DNA from: Candidatus Bathyarchaeota archaeon | GTDB taxonomy: Archaea; Thermoproteota; Bathyarchaeia; Bathyarchaeales; Bathycorpusculaceae | NCBI GenBank assembly: GCA_963768425.1 | Contig: CAVYHV010000022.1 | Span: 1-64,000, forward strand | Direction of reading: 5' to 3' | DNA: 64,000 bases | Shown here: piece by piece, positions 1 to 11,415 of the stretch | Position numbering within the stretch: the first letter of the stretch is position 1 | Layout: the number at the start of each line of letters is the position of its first letter | Translations under genes and position numbers: made by a program | Notes under the pieces: model-generated | The model's database searches: none | Told to the model about the DNA's origin: nothing | Seen by the model: the letters and a program-made list of their open reading frames with translations, nothing else

Positions 1-742
1 GGCTGCTTTGGGGTTTACAGTTATGCCTGGTGGCTGTTGCGTGATTTACTGTTAGAGATGCCTGTGCTGTATAAGCCTAAATAGCCGCCTGTTATGCTCC
101 ATGTTCCAGCTTGTGCGGAAGTATAAGAGTTGCCCGACCAAGAGCCACCTGCGCCTGTAGTTACGCTCCAGCTTGTTAGTGCGGTCACACTCCACGAGTT
201 GCCATAAAAGTCTGTGGCAGTAGCTGTGTACGCTTGTTTAGAACCAGCAGTAATCGTTGACGTTGTTGGAGCGATTTGGATACTGATAGGGGTTGCAGGA
301 TTTACTGTTATTGCACTTGTGGTTGCGGAAATTGATCCGGAAGTTACTGTTATAGTTTGGGAGCCAGCGGTTGCAAGAATGAAACCTGAAAAGGTATGGG
401 TTCCCTTATCGCCTTTGCTACCGGTTGTGAAGGTGTACTCGCTTTGAGAAGTATACGGCAAAGTAGCTTTGGGATCGGTTGAAGTGAAATAGACTTTGCC
501 TTTATAACCGGTTGCCACTTTGCCATTAGAATTATAAACGGTAACTGTTACGCCGCTAAAACTTAGTCCAGCAGTGGTCGAAGATGGATAGCCGGTTATG
601 GTATAATATTTGGTAGGTGCGGCGTTAACAAAAGATGTTTGCGATATGTGTATACAATTCGGCAGTGCTTACATGTTGAAATCAGTATTATGACTGCTAA
701 CACTATAGCCGATAAAGCGTTACCTCTCGGTAGCCTTCTCAT
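1..742 (-). CDS. Secreted Thr/Ser/Gly-rich Ig-like repeat surface protein (frameshifted; probably runs off window edge)
   Basis: ATG at 742 followed by a hydrophobic signal-like segment (MRRLPRGNALSAIVLAVIILIS). ORF 21..518 has Ig-like beta-strand patterns (SIQIAPTTSTITAGSKQAYTATATDFYGN...WS). Confidence 0.65.
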
Positions 743-885
743 GTTTACCTTTCTCCTGAACCTCTTAGGCGCCCTGAAAGTATTTACCGATTGTCGTTAT
801 AGTTTCAATAGTTTTGTGGTGGCTAAGCGTTAACTTGTTTAGAAAGTGATTTCATCTATAGTTTATTTAGAACCTATAGTTTTGT

Positions 886-2202
886 TTATTTTAGGGTAAA
901 ATTTGGAAGTGGGCAATGGTTTCTGGGGCTAATGCTGTGCCATTTGCCGTCAATAGGCACATACATACTGAGGCTTGGCCGGGGAATGCATATAGAAGGG
1001 ATGGAAATTGTGACGTCAATGACTGTGAAGTTTTGCAGTTGCATGGTATTTATGTAGGTAAATGAGCCTATTGGAACATTGGCTTGGTCAAATACCGTTA
1101 TGTCCAATTCTGAAGATGGGGCTGAAAACAATCCGTTATCGATTGTTAGCTCAATTGGGAGAGTTTGCCCAATATTAACGCTAGCGGGCATTTTGATGCT
1201 TTCTATGTTGCTTAAGTAGTTAAAAATAAAGGATGTTGTGTTGGTCAGTGTAGATCGGGAAAGGTTTAGCGAAGCAGTTATGTTCCATATGCCAAAGGTT
1301 ATTTCGGTTGCATTCGGGTCTGGAGCAGGCAATCTGTATTGGACAGTTGCAATGCCAGTTTGGTTTGTTAATCCGTCTGCCAATTGCTATCATTGTGCCG
1401 TTTGGGTTTTGCATTGAAAATGATACATCTTGGTTAGCAACTGAAACATTTTGAGAGGTTACTAATGCATATATTTGCAACAGGTCTCGGGGACCATAGG
1501 TGCCGCCGTTGCTGGCGCCTATGCCGCCTCTGTTTGTGAATACTTGAAGAGTTGCACTGGATAAATTACTGGTTGGCGGAGGAGTGGGAGAAGGACTTGT
1601 TGCAGTGTTTAAGACAGTGACAGTTGCACTATTGCAGGTAACGTTGATATGAGGTGAGCCTAATAGCGGCTGTAGGCGATGCACATATCCCCTGCTGATT
1701 GTTATTGGACTAACACCGTAGTTCGTTATGTTAAAAGTTAACGTTGCTAGCACGCCGGAAGTGTCAGTAGATGTATCCGCAGCCTACAATTCCTCGAGCT
1801 AAACCGCCTAGGATCTGCCCATTTGTATTGTCAAATAACGACTTGTGGTTCCAGTGAAGTCGGTGTTGAATCGCCGCCTGTGTTGTTTCTAAGGAAAGGA
1901 CCTCCCGTAACTTTTATCAGCTGTAAGCACTGTGGAATTCCAAGTTACCGTAGGTAACACCCAACCCCAAATGCCTGGTGAATTATCAATCCTAATATCA
2001 ATCATAACTGTTGTGTAAAGAGGATTTGGATTGGACCAACAGTAATGCTTGAAGTGCTCGTAGAACCCGATTGTACAGCGCTAATAGCTGGAGCTGGAGT
2101 GCTGGCTATGCTTACATGCGAGATTGCGAGTGGTATTGTGATAAGTAAGATGATTGTTAATGCTACGATTATCTGTTTTTTTGGTTTCAGCTTTTTCACC
2201 AT
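886..2202 (-). CDS. Cohesin-domain surface protein with C-terminal Ig-like modules (frameshifted)
   Basis: Signal peptide (2002..2202), cohesin signature (GIWGWVLPTVTWNS...GPFL...TSGVLATLTFNITNYG), P/T linker, then modules shared with neighbouring paralogs. Stitched from several ORF fragments. Confidence 0.7.
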
Positions 2203-2259
2203 CCAATTTTATCGTATTGATGTTTTAAGATGGTTTTTGCGCTTTTATTCGTTTCAAGT

Positions 2260-4440
2260 TTAAGATGAGATTTGGAAGGTGCCAGTTTTTTGAGGACAGA
2301 GTGGGACTCCGCCGGCTGTGGGAAGGCTAGTCATGAGGTCGGCATAAACAGTTGCTGTTCCTACATAAGCCCATGAAGGAATTGTGATGCTTACTGGAAC
2401 AGTGGTGGAGCCTCCTCCTGATGCGGGGGAAATGTTAGCTGTGTAACAGTCTATAGGGACTTCTTGTGAGTCACAAACCGTGACGGACAGCAATGAAGTT
2501 GATTTTAAGTCCTTGCACAGTAACATTAAAGTTCAAAGTGCCGGACCTAGCCACGCTTGCTGGCAGTTGGATTCCAGTGATAGTGACAAGGTGAGGTTGC
2601 TAACGCAGGTGAAGTTACATGTATCAGTTATGACAACAGATCCAACCTCAGGTCTGAGCCAACTATGGACCAATCCCGAATACTGATTTAGGGTTTGAGG
2701 CTGGGTGAAGGTATTCTAAATTCCATGTAGGCGTAGCCAGTTGCTGTTTGTAGGGTCTACATTAAGAGCGGCAACTGTTCCATTTGGATAAAAGACCGCG
2801 AAGCCTACCAGAGTGCCTGTGGCTACGGGCGCATCGTTATAGTTTACCAGTGCGTCCACTTTAACTAGATCTCTGCGGATTGTATGTGCCGCTGTTTACA
2901 TCGTGCCCGATGCCGCCTTTATCAGTGAATACGTCAATACTGGCAAGTTGCTGAGCAGTTTCAACTTGTATCCAAGCGAAAGTTGTTGCCGTATCTGGTG
3001 TAACTTGAAGAGGGAACGGAGTTTGTGTCGGGCGCAGTCACGATTAGAGTTACTTTAAGGTAACCGAGACTTGTAGCCTGAAAAGAAATTATTTGTCCAT
3101 TAAAGCATCCAAAGATTGAAGAATTCTGAAATTCCACAAGCCAAACATAGTCTGTTATGGGGCAAGCTTGCCCATCGTAACCAGCCGTCGAAGCACTGGC
3201 ATCCATCAGAACTGTATCGCCTAAAGCGTATACCGTTGCGTTCGAGAGGAGTAAATTTTGCCACTGGACCATGGACGCCAGATGGACTGGGTGTAGGGGT
3301 GGGCGTAGGAGGGTACGGCGAAGGATGGGGGTAGGAGTGGGACTGGTTGATGGAGTAGGGGTGGGACCGGTTGATGATAAAGCGGTAACTGTTGCACTAT
3401 TACAAGTGACAGAAGTTTGAGGGGCGCCAACAGCGTCTGTGTCGCTATCACGTATCCTCCGCTGATCGTTACTGGGCTGGTGCCGTAGCCAACCACAGTG
3501 AACGTTAAAGTAGCAACTACACCTGAGGAGTCGGTTGATACATCTGCACCTTGAATAGCTTCAGCTAAACCGCCCTGGATGTCTCCGTTGTTGTGTTGTC
3601 AAATAAGCTGTTTGAGTTGCCAGCCATGGCTTGTTGGGTCGCCGCCTGGTGTGTTATCTGCTAGAGAATGGACCTTCCGCTAACTTTCGTCAGTTGCAGC
3701 ACTGCTGGATTCCAAGACACGGTGGGTATAGCCCAGCCCCAAAAGCCAGCAGTGACACCGTCGACTCTGATATCAATTTGAACAGTTGTACCCACGGGAT
3801 CGGGACTAGGACCCAAAGTGATACTTGAGGTGGTCGTGGTTCCAGATTGGACGGCACTAAAATAAGCAGTTGAAAGGCTGCTGGCTGCCATCTGTCGCTG
3901 CTTCCAACGAATCATAGGTGAAAAGGGCGTTTGTTTGTGTTGAAGATATTTGCGGATTTGAATCGGTGGAGCTTGTTGCGGGTCCAAGTAGTCCAACATT
4001 GGTTAAATCTATAGGGGATGATCCGTAATTGATGATTTGGAATGTGAATGAGACTAAGTCTCCCGAACCTGAAACGACTATTTTGTAACGTTAAAACATC
4101 ATTTATGTTTGAAATTACTCCATCAGTATTGTCTATTGGTGAGGCGGTAAGCGATGTTTGCCCTGCAGAGTACAAGGAATGAACCTTCACTGAAGCTCAC
4201 CATTTGCAAGATTGAAGGATCCCATGATAAGCCCATACTCCAACCCCACAGGTCAGTTACATCAGAAATACTGGCTGTGACTGTGAAGGTTCCGCCAATT
4301 CCTAATGATTGACCCGAAATCGACGGCGGGTTTAGGCTTAAGCTCGTAGTCACATCAGCGGAGGTGCTTCTGGAAATTAAAACTGAAGAAAAAATAATGC
4401 TTGAAATTATCACTACGCAAAGATAACTTTTACTTTTAGT
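2260..4440 (-). CDS. Two-cohesin scaffoldin-like protein with PKD-like and Ig-like modules (frameshifted; start approximate)
   Basis: Cohesin 1 (GGTFTVTASISDVTDLWGWSMGLSWDPSILQMVSFSEGSFL), cohesin 2 (GTTVQIDIRVDGVTAGFWGWAIPTVSWNPAVLQLTKV), Pro/Thr linker, PKD-like segment (GDTVLMDASAS...ITDYVW), C-terminal IPSWAYVG module. Confidence 0.7.
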
Positions 4441-4699
4441 TTAATATCGAACAGCCTCCCTCAATTTGGCATAATACCATTAAATTTTGTTAGATTAATT
4501 GGGTCTTCTCTTCCCCATCGAATACAATTGCTCGGAGTTATTCTATCTTTGTTAAATAAAGTAATTAGAGATAAATAGTCTCATTTTGATTTAAATAGAA
4601 TAAATAGTGTAGCCAACGAAATTGGTTTTTTAGACGTTTGTAGGCAACTCAACATGTCAAACTTTGGTAAAGTGAGTGGTTTTAGGTATGTGAAATACA

Positions 4700-5386
4700 G
4701 AAGATGTGCTTGGTTGTGCGGTGATGTTCCCTCAAGATGCTATTGCATTAATTGCTATGTTGCCGTTTACTATCGTGGTGTTGATTGCTTCGTGAAGTCC
4801 TTCTTGGTACATAGTCTCGTTTGTACATATTGGTCGTATAAGTTGCGCTTGAAATTTTTATTGGCGAGGTTCCAGCGGCAAGCACTTGAAACGTTAAGGT
4901 TGCAAGAGTTCCGCTGCCGCTTACTGTGATATTTTCATGTAAATCGTCATGCTACGCTTGGAAGAGTACCTTGCTGGACCATAGGAACATCTGGCTGTAG
5001 ATATGAAGAAGGTTGGTCCAGCAGATTTTAAGAAGGGACCTTCCGTAACTTGTGTGAGGTTTAGAACAGCAGAGTTGAAGGTTAGGTAGCTGATATCCCA
5101 ACCCCAGAGGTCATGGACGCCACTGACGGTTAGGTTTACTTCTATCGTTTGTCCGACAGATGCCGACTGCAACTGCAGATTGGCTGGATCGAATGGCTAA
5201 AGTGGCGTTAGGCCATGATACGGGAACGGCGTTGGCGGTGGGTGAAGGTGTTGAAGAGGGCGTTGCATTCGTCGTTGATGAGAAATGCACATAGGCAATT
5301 ATGGCAACAACTAAGATGACAATCACGGCTAGCCCGATTATAATATTGTTCTTCATTTTTTGTCTTTTTCGACTTTTTTGCTTCAT
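4700..5386 (-). CDS. Single-cohesin protein with N-terminal membrane anchor/signal (frameshifted; 3' end approximate)
   Basis: Basic N-terminus plus hydrophobic helix (IIIGLAVIVILVVAIIAYV). Cohesin signature VGQTIEVNLTVSGVHDLWGWDISYLTFNSAVLNLTQVTEGPFL and later SGTLATLTFQV. Confidence 0.65.
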
Positions 5387-5424
5387 GTTTCTTCACCGAT
5401 TATTTAGTTTATTCAAAATATATT

Positions 5425-6321
5425 TCATAGTTTAGAAGATCCTTCAAGCGGTTGGACGTTGTTTCGCCTTTTTTTACTCCAGAGGAACGCAGGCACTGCA
5501 ATAATTGTGATTACGATTATGATTATTGGAATGATTATTCCTGATGGAAATTCTGGTGTTGAAAGGAGAGGCGATGCTGAAGGGGATTGGGTGGGACTTG
5601 ATGATGGTTTTGTCGTTGAAGATGAGGTTGGAGTTGGATTAGAGGACGAAGTAGAAGTAGGATTCGAAGTGACTGGAGGTGTTGGAGTAGGGCTGGACGA
5701 AGAAGTGTTTGCAAGAGCAACAATTGTTGCATTGTTGCAGGCAACGTTGACGCTGGCGTTAGCACCATACTAGGTAGGGTATTAAGTAGCCCCCTCTGAT
5801 GCCTATCGTGCTATTGCCTGTGGCCTGTCACGAGAAAAGTCAAAGTTGCAAGCACACCAGAGGTATCTGTCGACAAGCCCGTGCCTAAAATGCCCTCCGA
5901 TAAGCCGCCATCTATTATGCCACGATAATAATCAAAAAGTTGGCTTGAAGCACCCATAAAATCCGTGGTCTCGCTTTCATTATTGTCTGAGAGGAACGGA
6001 CCTCGTTGAACTTTGGTCAGGTTCAGAACTGCAGGATTCCAAGTTACCGTGGGTATAGCCCAACCCCAAAAACCACCTGAAACATCATCAATTCTGATAT
6101 CTATGTTCACGCTTGTGCCAATGGGATTCGGGCTAGGAGCCTAACGTAACAGTTGAAGTGCTTGTAGTTCCAGATTGAACTGCACTGATAACGGCAGTTG
6201 AAAGATTAGAAGTACTGGCGACCGCGTGTTCTCCCATAGTGATTCCGGAAACAAGAACTAAAGTTAATAGGATAACTGTGCTCAGAGCCAGCGAAGTGAG
6301 CAGATTTTTCTTCGTTTTCAT
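5425..6321 (-). CDS. Cohesin anchoring protein with S/T/P linker and PEF-type C-terminal membrane anchor (frameshifted)
   Basis: Signal peptide and cohesin (5811..6110). Hand translation of the minus strand gives the C-terminus ...SPLLSTPEFPSGIIIPIIIIVITIIAVPAFLWSKKRRN..., with stop at 5425-5427. Confidence 0.72.
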
Positions 6322-6608
6322 TTTCTTTAACCTCATTTTAATTGATATTTTCGCCAAGAGCAATTAGTTTTAGATAGTGTACACAGCAACACTTGGCTTC
6401 ATTTTGTGTGAACATAGAACATGGAAGCTTATTCTATGTTGAGTAAGTAAATTATTTAGAAAGCAATAGAGGCTGATCAATCTATATATGATGCTTTCCC
6501 AGCTTAAAATTATCTCAGACCAGGGTTTTTTATTTCTATAAAGGAGTTTATTGCGAATTTGGTAATTGGAATTAACGAATTTCACGATTTTTTATTTTCT
6601 TTGTTCCA

Positions 6609-8861
6609 TTAACTTCCGTTGGATATGTATAGTGAGGCTGATTGCTGCGGAGAGAACGGTAATCCGCCATTGGCTGGTGTGCCATTTAATATGTCGACGT
6701 TGACTATTGCAGGACCTACGAATGCCCATGTTGGAATGGTTAAGCTAATAGTGTACGTTTGTGTGTTGCTGCTGGTAGCAAGGCTTCCGGTTGCCGCAGG
6801 CGCGTTTCTGAAAGTATTTGGCAAGGCTACAGGCACTTGTTCAGAGTCTAAGATCGTTGCCGTAAAGTAGAATGGTGTTGGAGTCCAGTTGGTGCTGTTA
6901 ACAGTTGCTGTAAGGGTTACGACGTTGAGTCCTGCATAGTTTCGGAAGAAGACTGGTCCCACGCCATTGCTGTCATAAATACCGTTGTTTATTGTTACAC
7001 TTTGCAGGTTAAGCTGGTATCCGTAGTAGAATTGGCACGTATCAGTTAACGTAACTTGAAGATAGGTCGACTGATCCTGCCACTGTGATTACACCGAAAT
7101 AAGCTTGCGGATTGCTTCCTTGCCATGGAAATCTGTATGAAGCAGTTGCATACCCTGTCGCGTTAGTTGGTGCTTCGGTGTAGTCGATGTATTGACCGCT
7201 CGAGTAGATATCAAAGATTACTTCTTTTCCCGCGACTGGGGCACCGTTAGAAGTTACGTATCCTGTGAGGTCAACTAACTGTTGAGGCCCGAAAGAAGTG
7301 CAGTTTGCACCAGGTCCTTGACCGCCGTTCTGAGTCCAGATGTCAAGTTGGGACGTTGATGGAAGAACTTGAACTGTAAATGTTGTGGTGCCAATTTCTG
7401 TGTATGTTGGTGCATGGAGTGTTGGTTGGTGAGGGCGCCGTAACTGTTAAAGTTGCAGTTATTGTTCCAGGGGTCATGCCTACTTGAGCTGCTGTTAGGG
7501 CAACTGTCGGAGTGCGTGCTGTCACTATTGTTCCGCCGACAAGAGTTATGCGCCAGTTGTACGCTGTGATTGGACAAGTCTGATATGGCGGTACCATGTT
7601 GAGGCCAGCAGTTGACTGTGTACCGTCAAGGGTTAAGGGGTAGTTTGTCAAAGTCTGGTCGCTGCCTGCGCCCAATGGACTGCCAGATGTGGTAATGACT
7701 GCTTTTGGACCAGTTGCTGGCGCTGGGGTCCAAGAGTATGTTGCATTGTTAAAGGTCGAGAATAGGTATTGTTTGGTGTGGAACGGCGTCATTTAATAGG
7801 GTTGCTGGGTTTCCTGCTGTAAGGTTGATGTTGCAGTCGCTGTAAGTAACAATTGTAAAGGTTAATGTTGCTAATACACCTGATCGAGGCACTTGCACTC
7901 ATGTTGTGGTGTATGAGTCACTGATTCCTTTATCAACTCTTCCTAAATAATTATCGATGAATCCTGGCGCGAACAGTGTTGCGCCGCTTTGACTCAAGAT
8001 ATGTACCTTCTGCGATATTGGTCAATTGGATAACATTTGGATCCCATGTAACGCCGACAGCTCCATCCCCAAACGCCAACCGCGCCGTTGATGTAGAGGT
8101 CAACTTTGAATGTTCCGCCGATTGGGTTTTGCAGAGATGGCCATTGAATGGCTGAATTTGAGGTTGAACCGCTTTGGTATATGCTGATGGAAGCTTGTGA
8201 TTGCTGAACTGAAATTGATCCGCTATTGCATGATACGGGAATTTGCGGAGAGTTTACAGCGTCTGTTGCAACCAGGTATCCTCCACCGATGGTTACTGCG
8301 CTGGTGCCGTAGCCAACCACGGTGAACGTCAAAGTTGCAACCACACCAGATGGGTCAGTCGATTGATCTGCACCTAATATGGCTTCAGATAAACCACCTT
8401 GGAGGGCTCCGTGTAGCGTTGTCAAATAAGGAGCTGGATGTTCCAGTCATGTCTGTCGGGTCGCCGTCTGGAGCGTTGTCTGCTAAGAATGGACCTGCTA
8501 TAACTTTTGTCAAATGCAACCACGGCAGGATTCCAAGATACAGTGGGTATAGCCCAGCCCCAAATTGCGTTTGCTCCGCTGATGTAGATATCGAATTTTA
8601 CGGTTGTGCCGATTGGATTAGAGCTTGAAGACAAAGTGACGCTATTAACATTGCTTGTGCCTCCAGTGCCTGATTGAACCACCCTAAAGGTGCCAGTGGT
8701 AGTGCCGCGGCGCTAACTGAATTTGTGCTAAGTAGCATTGGCGCAACCATGAAAAGAACTAAGCGCAAATGCAATGAAGGGCTTTTTGTTTTTCAGGTTA
8801 AAGGCGATAAGGCTGTGGCAATTGAACCTGCTTGAGTGATTAGTTTTTTCTTTGTTTCCAC
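6609..8861 (-). CDS. Two-cohesin scaffoldin-like surface protein, paralog of 11416..13639 (frameshifted)
   Basis: GTG start after a GAGGAG-like RBS. Two cohesin signatures (KFDIYISGANAIWGWAIPTVSWNPAV; GGTFKVDLYINGAVGVWGWS), PKD-like and Ig-like modules. Visibly similar DNA to the 11.4-13.6 kb gene, and both end ...SLYIxNGS. Confidence 0.75.
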
Positions 8862-9298
8862 TATTCTCCTCTCTCGCCTAATTAATATCGTATCATGTGC
8901 GCGCTACGCTTCATTTTCGAATTTGAAAGTTATTCACGGAAGGTTATTCTGTCTTCAGTAAGTAGAATATGTAGAGGCAAATAGACGATGGTTTTAAACT
9001 ATACTTTCGAGATTTGCTATGATATTTCGGTAAAGACAAAGATCAGAATGAGATGATGTGAAAGTGGCCTCATCGTATCTTTTTTGTTTAGGAAAAAAAT
9101 CATGCCTTTCTCCGCGTAGCCAATCTGCTTAATCATTAGAGTTGCAGCATTATTTGCAGCTTTAACCGCCATAAATGTTCAGAAGAGAAGTTTGCTGAAC
9201 CATTTGCAACGCCCACAAAAATATCATTTAAAAGTTCACTTAATGTTGAAAAAGATTAAGCGGGTTTAAGAAAAAACGTAGATAGCACGGTTTTCTGT

Positions 9299-10367
9299 CT
9301 ATGTTCGCTTTCTAAGCCACACGACGGATCCGCCTAAAACAAATACGGTGAGTACTACAAGGATTCCAAGTACATCTGGCGGCAAAGTGTATGATCCGCT
9401 GTTTTGGGGTGGTGTGGAGGAAGGACTTGTGCGGGCAGTTGTTGTTGGGGGTTGCAGTTGAATTGCTGTCGGCGTTGGCGTGACGGTGGGTGTTGCTGTT
9501 GGCTGGGTGCCATTAACCCTTATTAGTACTGTGCTGTTGTCGGTTCCAAGTGAATCTGTCACTGTTAATGTTACGGTGTAATTTCCTGGATTATTAAAAG
9601 TGTAATTTGCGATCTTGCCTGTGAGGGTTTGTTGTGTGCCATCCGTAAATGTCCAAGTGTAGGTTGCATTGGCTCCACTTGAGACGGATTGTGATCCATT
9701 AAAGACTACTGTTGTTCCTACTGGTACAGTTTGCTCTGTGCCTGCGTTAGCGGTTGGAGGCCCAGGAAGTACAAGGGAAACTATGCTTGTTGAAAAGTAA
9801 GAAGCGGGAACTATTTGGGGGTGAGTAGCTACTTGGTTTGTATAGTTCCGCAATGGGAGGGGACCCGTCAAGATGACTGCACGCCGAAAGTTATTGGAGT
9901 TGATTGAGTTTGTCTTATTATTTGAAAGGTCATGGTTGCAAGGGTGCCGCTTCCGCTTGCGGAGTCATCCACGCCATTTGAAGATGTGGAGATGTCGCAG
10001 GCTAATTGCGCTAACTTTGTAAGTATCCTAGCTGAATTGCGCCTGTAATACGGTAATTGGGACAGGCATAAAAAGTGTTGTAGTATTGACTGGACAGGAA
10101 GCTTCCTTCTTGCTTGCTTATTAAAGTAAGGTAATTGGTGTCCCAGGTGACGTTAACCGCCCATCCCCAGAGGTTTTGAACATTAGAAATGTCGATGTTA
10201 ACGGTGAATTGTTCGTTAAGTTGGGTCGCGTTGTATGTTGCAGGATCTAGAAAAACAGAGGGGGATTGTTGAAGTCTGTGCAGATGCTGTTTGCTGTGTG
10301 TCGGAATTGTTGGGATTATCATGGCTGCGATCAGTATCAGGAGTAAGGCTCCGACTGTTTTTTTCAA
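9299..10367 (-). CDS. Cohesin-PKD-linker-transmembrane anchoring scaffoldin (frameshifted)
   Basis: Signal peptide, cohesin (EQFTVNIDISNVQNLWGWAVNVTWDTNYLTLISKQEGSFL), PKD domain (PPTANAG...TYTWTFTDG...NPGNYTVTLTVTD), PT-rich linker, C-terminal TM helix ending WLRKRT. Confidence 0.78.
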
Positions 10368-10368
10368 G

Positions 10369-11406
10369 TTATTTTTGGCTCTCCCAGTAGAGTATGTAGT
10401 CTGATAGGAAGAGGAAGAAGTCGTTCGCATCGATTTTGCCGTCATGACCAAGGTCACATGCAGTATTATAAGGTTGTCCAGAGTTGCTTGCAATGTATGC
10501 GCTCAGGAAAGATGAAGAAGTCCGAGGAGTCTACTGATGCCGTCTCCGTTAAAATCTCCTGCAGGGGTAGTTGGGATGTTGAATGATGTAGTCGCTGTGC
10601 CGTAGTAGCCTGACCAAGTTCCAGGAAACATACACTTGGTAGGTGCCACCTTTGGTATCATTACTGATGGAAGCGTGAATGTCATGCTGTAAGCGCCAGC
10701 ATTGCCGCTGTTGCTTGGCGCGGGACCTGTAGCGGGACTGTTTCCTGTGCCTTGCTGCGATTTGGAATGTGAAAGATTGTTCTGCGGCGAGTGGAATGCC
10801 GCCGTTCTGGGGAAAATCGGTGTAAACATCTGCATAGCCATAGGCCGTTCCAGAGTGCGCATCCGTTGGGATTGGAATGTTCCCGTTTCAAGCTGATTTG
10901 CGTCCTTGCCGATTTGAACTTGGGCTGTGTATAGTCCAAGTGGGACGCCGTTGCCATCGTATATGCTGATTGCAATTAAGACTAAGCGGGCTTGGTGGTC
11001 TTGGTTTGCGACTGTCATGGAGAAGTAGCCGTTGCCGTCGTTGTAGAAAGCCTGCTACAGGGTTGCCGTTTCCATCAGATGCGTAAGCAGACGAAATTTT
11101 TTCGGGCTCGCTAAATTCTGTTGCTGTGCCTGTTTCGATGGTTCTTAAAACCATGGGAACTGCTCGTCCGCTCGACTGGGTATAATATTTGTATTCCGAC
11201 GAGACCATCGCTTGGATTTTCGCTGTCTACGCCGTTATCAAGAGCGAAAGCGATCCACTAATTGTGATGGGCTGATAGAAATCGTAAGTTGTTGTCTGAT
11301 TTGTTGTTACTGTTAGATTTAGTGATGATGTTTGAGCATGTACTAATGCTGCACTTGAGATTATTAATATAAAAAGAAAAGAAAGGGATATGATTTTTGT
11401 TTTCAT
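10369..11406 (-). CDS. Secreted Ig-like protein with C-terminal dockerin (frameshifted)
   Basis: Signal peptide MKNKIISLSFLFILIISSAALVHA. Reconstructed C-terminus GDFNGDG...DFFIF...AYIA...NTACDLGHDGKIDANDFFLFLSDYILYWESQK* shows a duplicated Ca-loop/helix dockerin. Confidence 0.72.
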
Positions 11407-11415
11407 ATCTTATCA

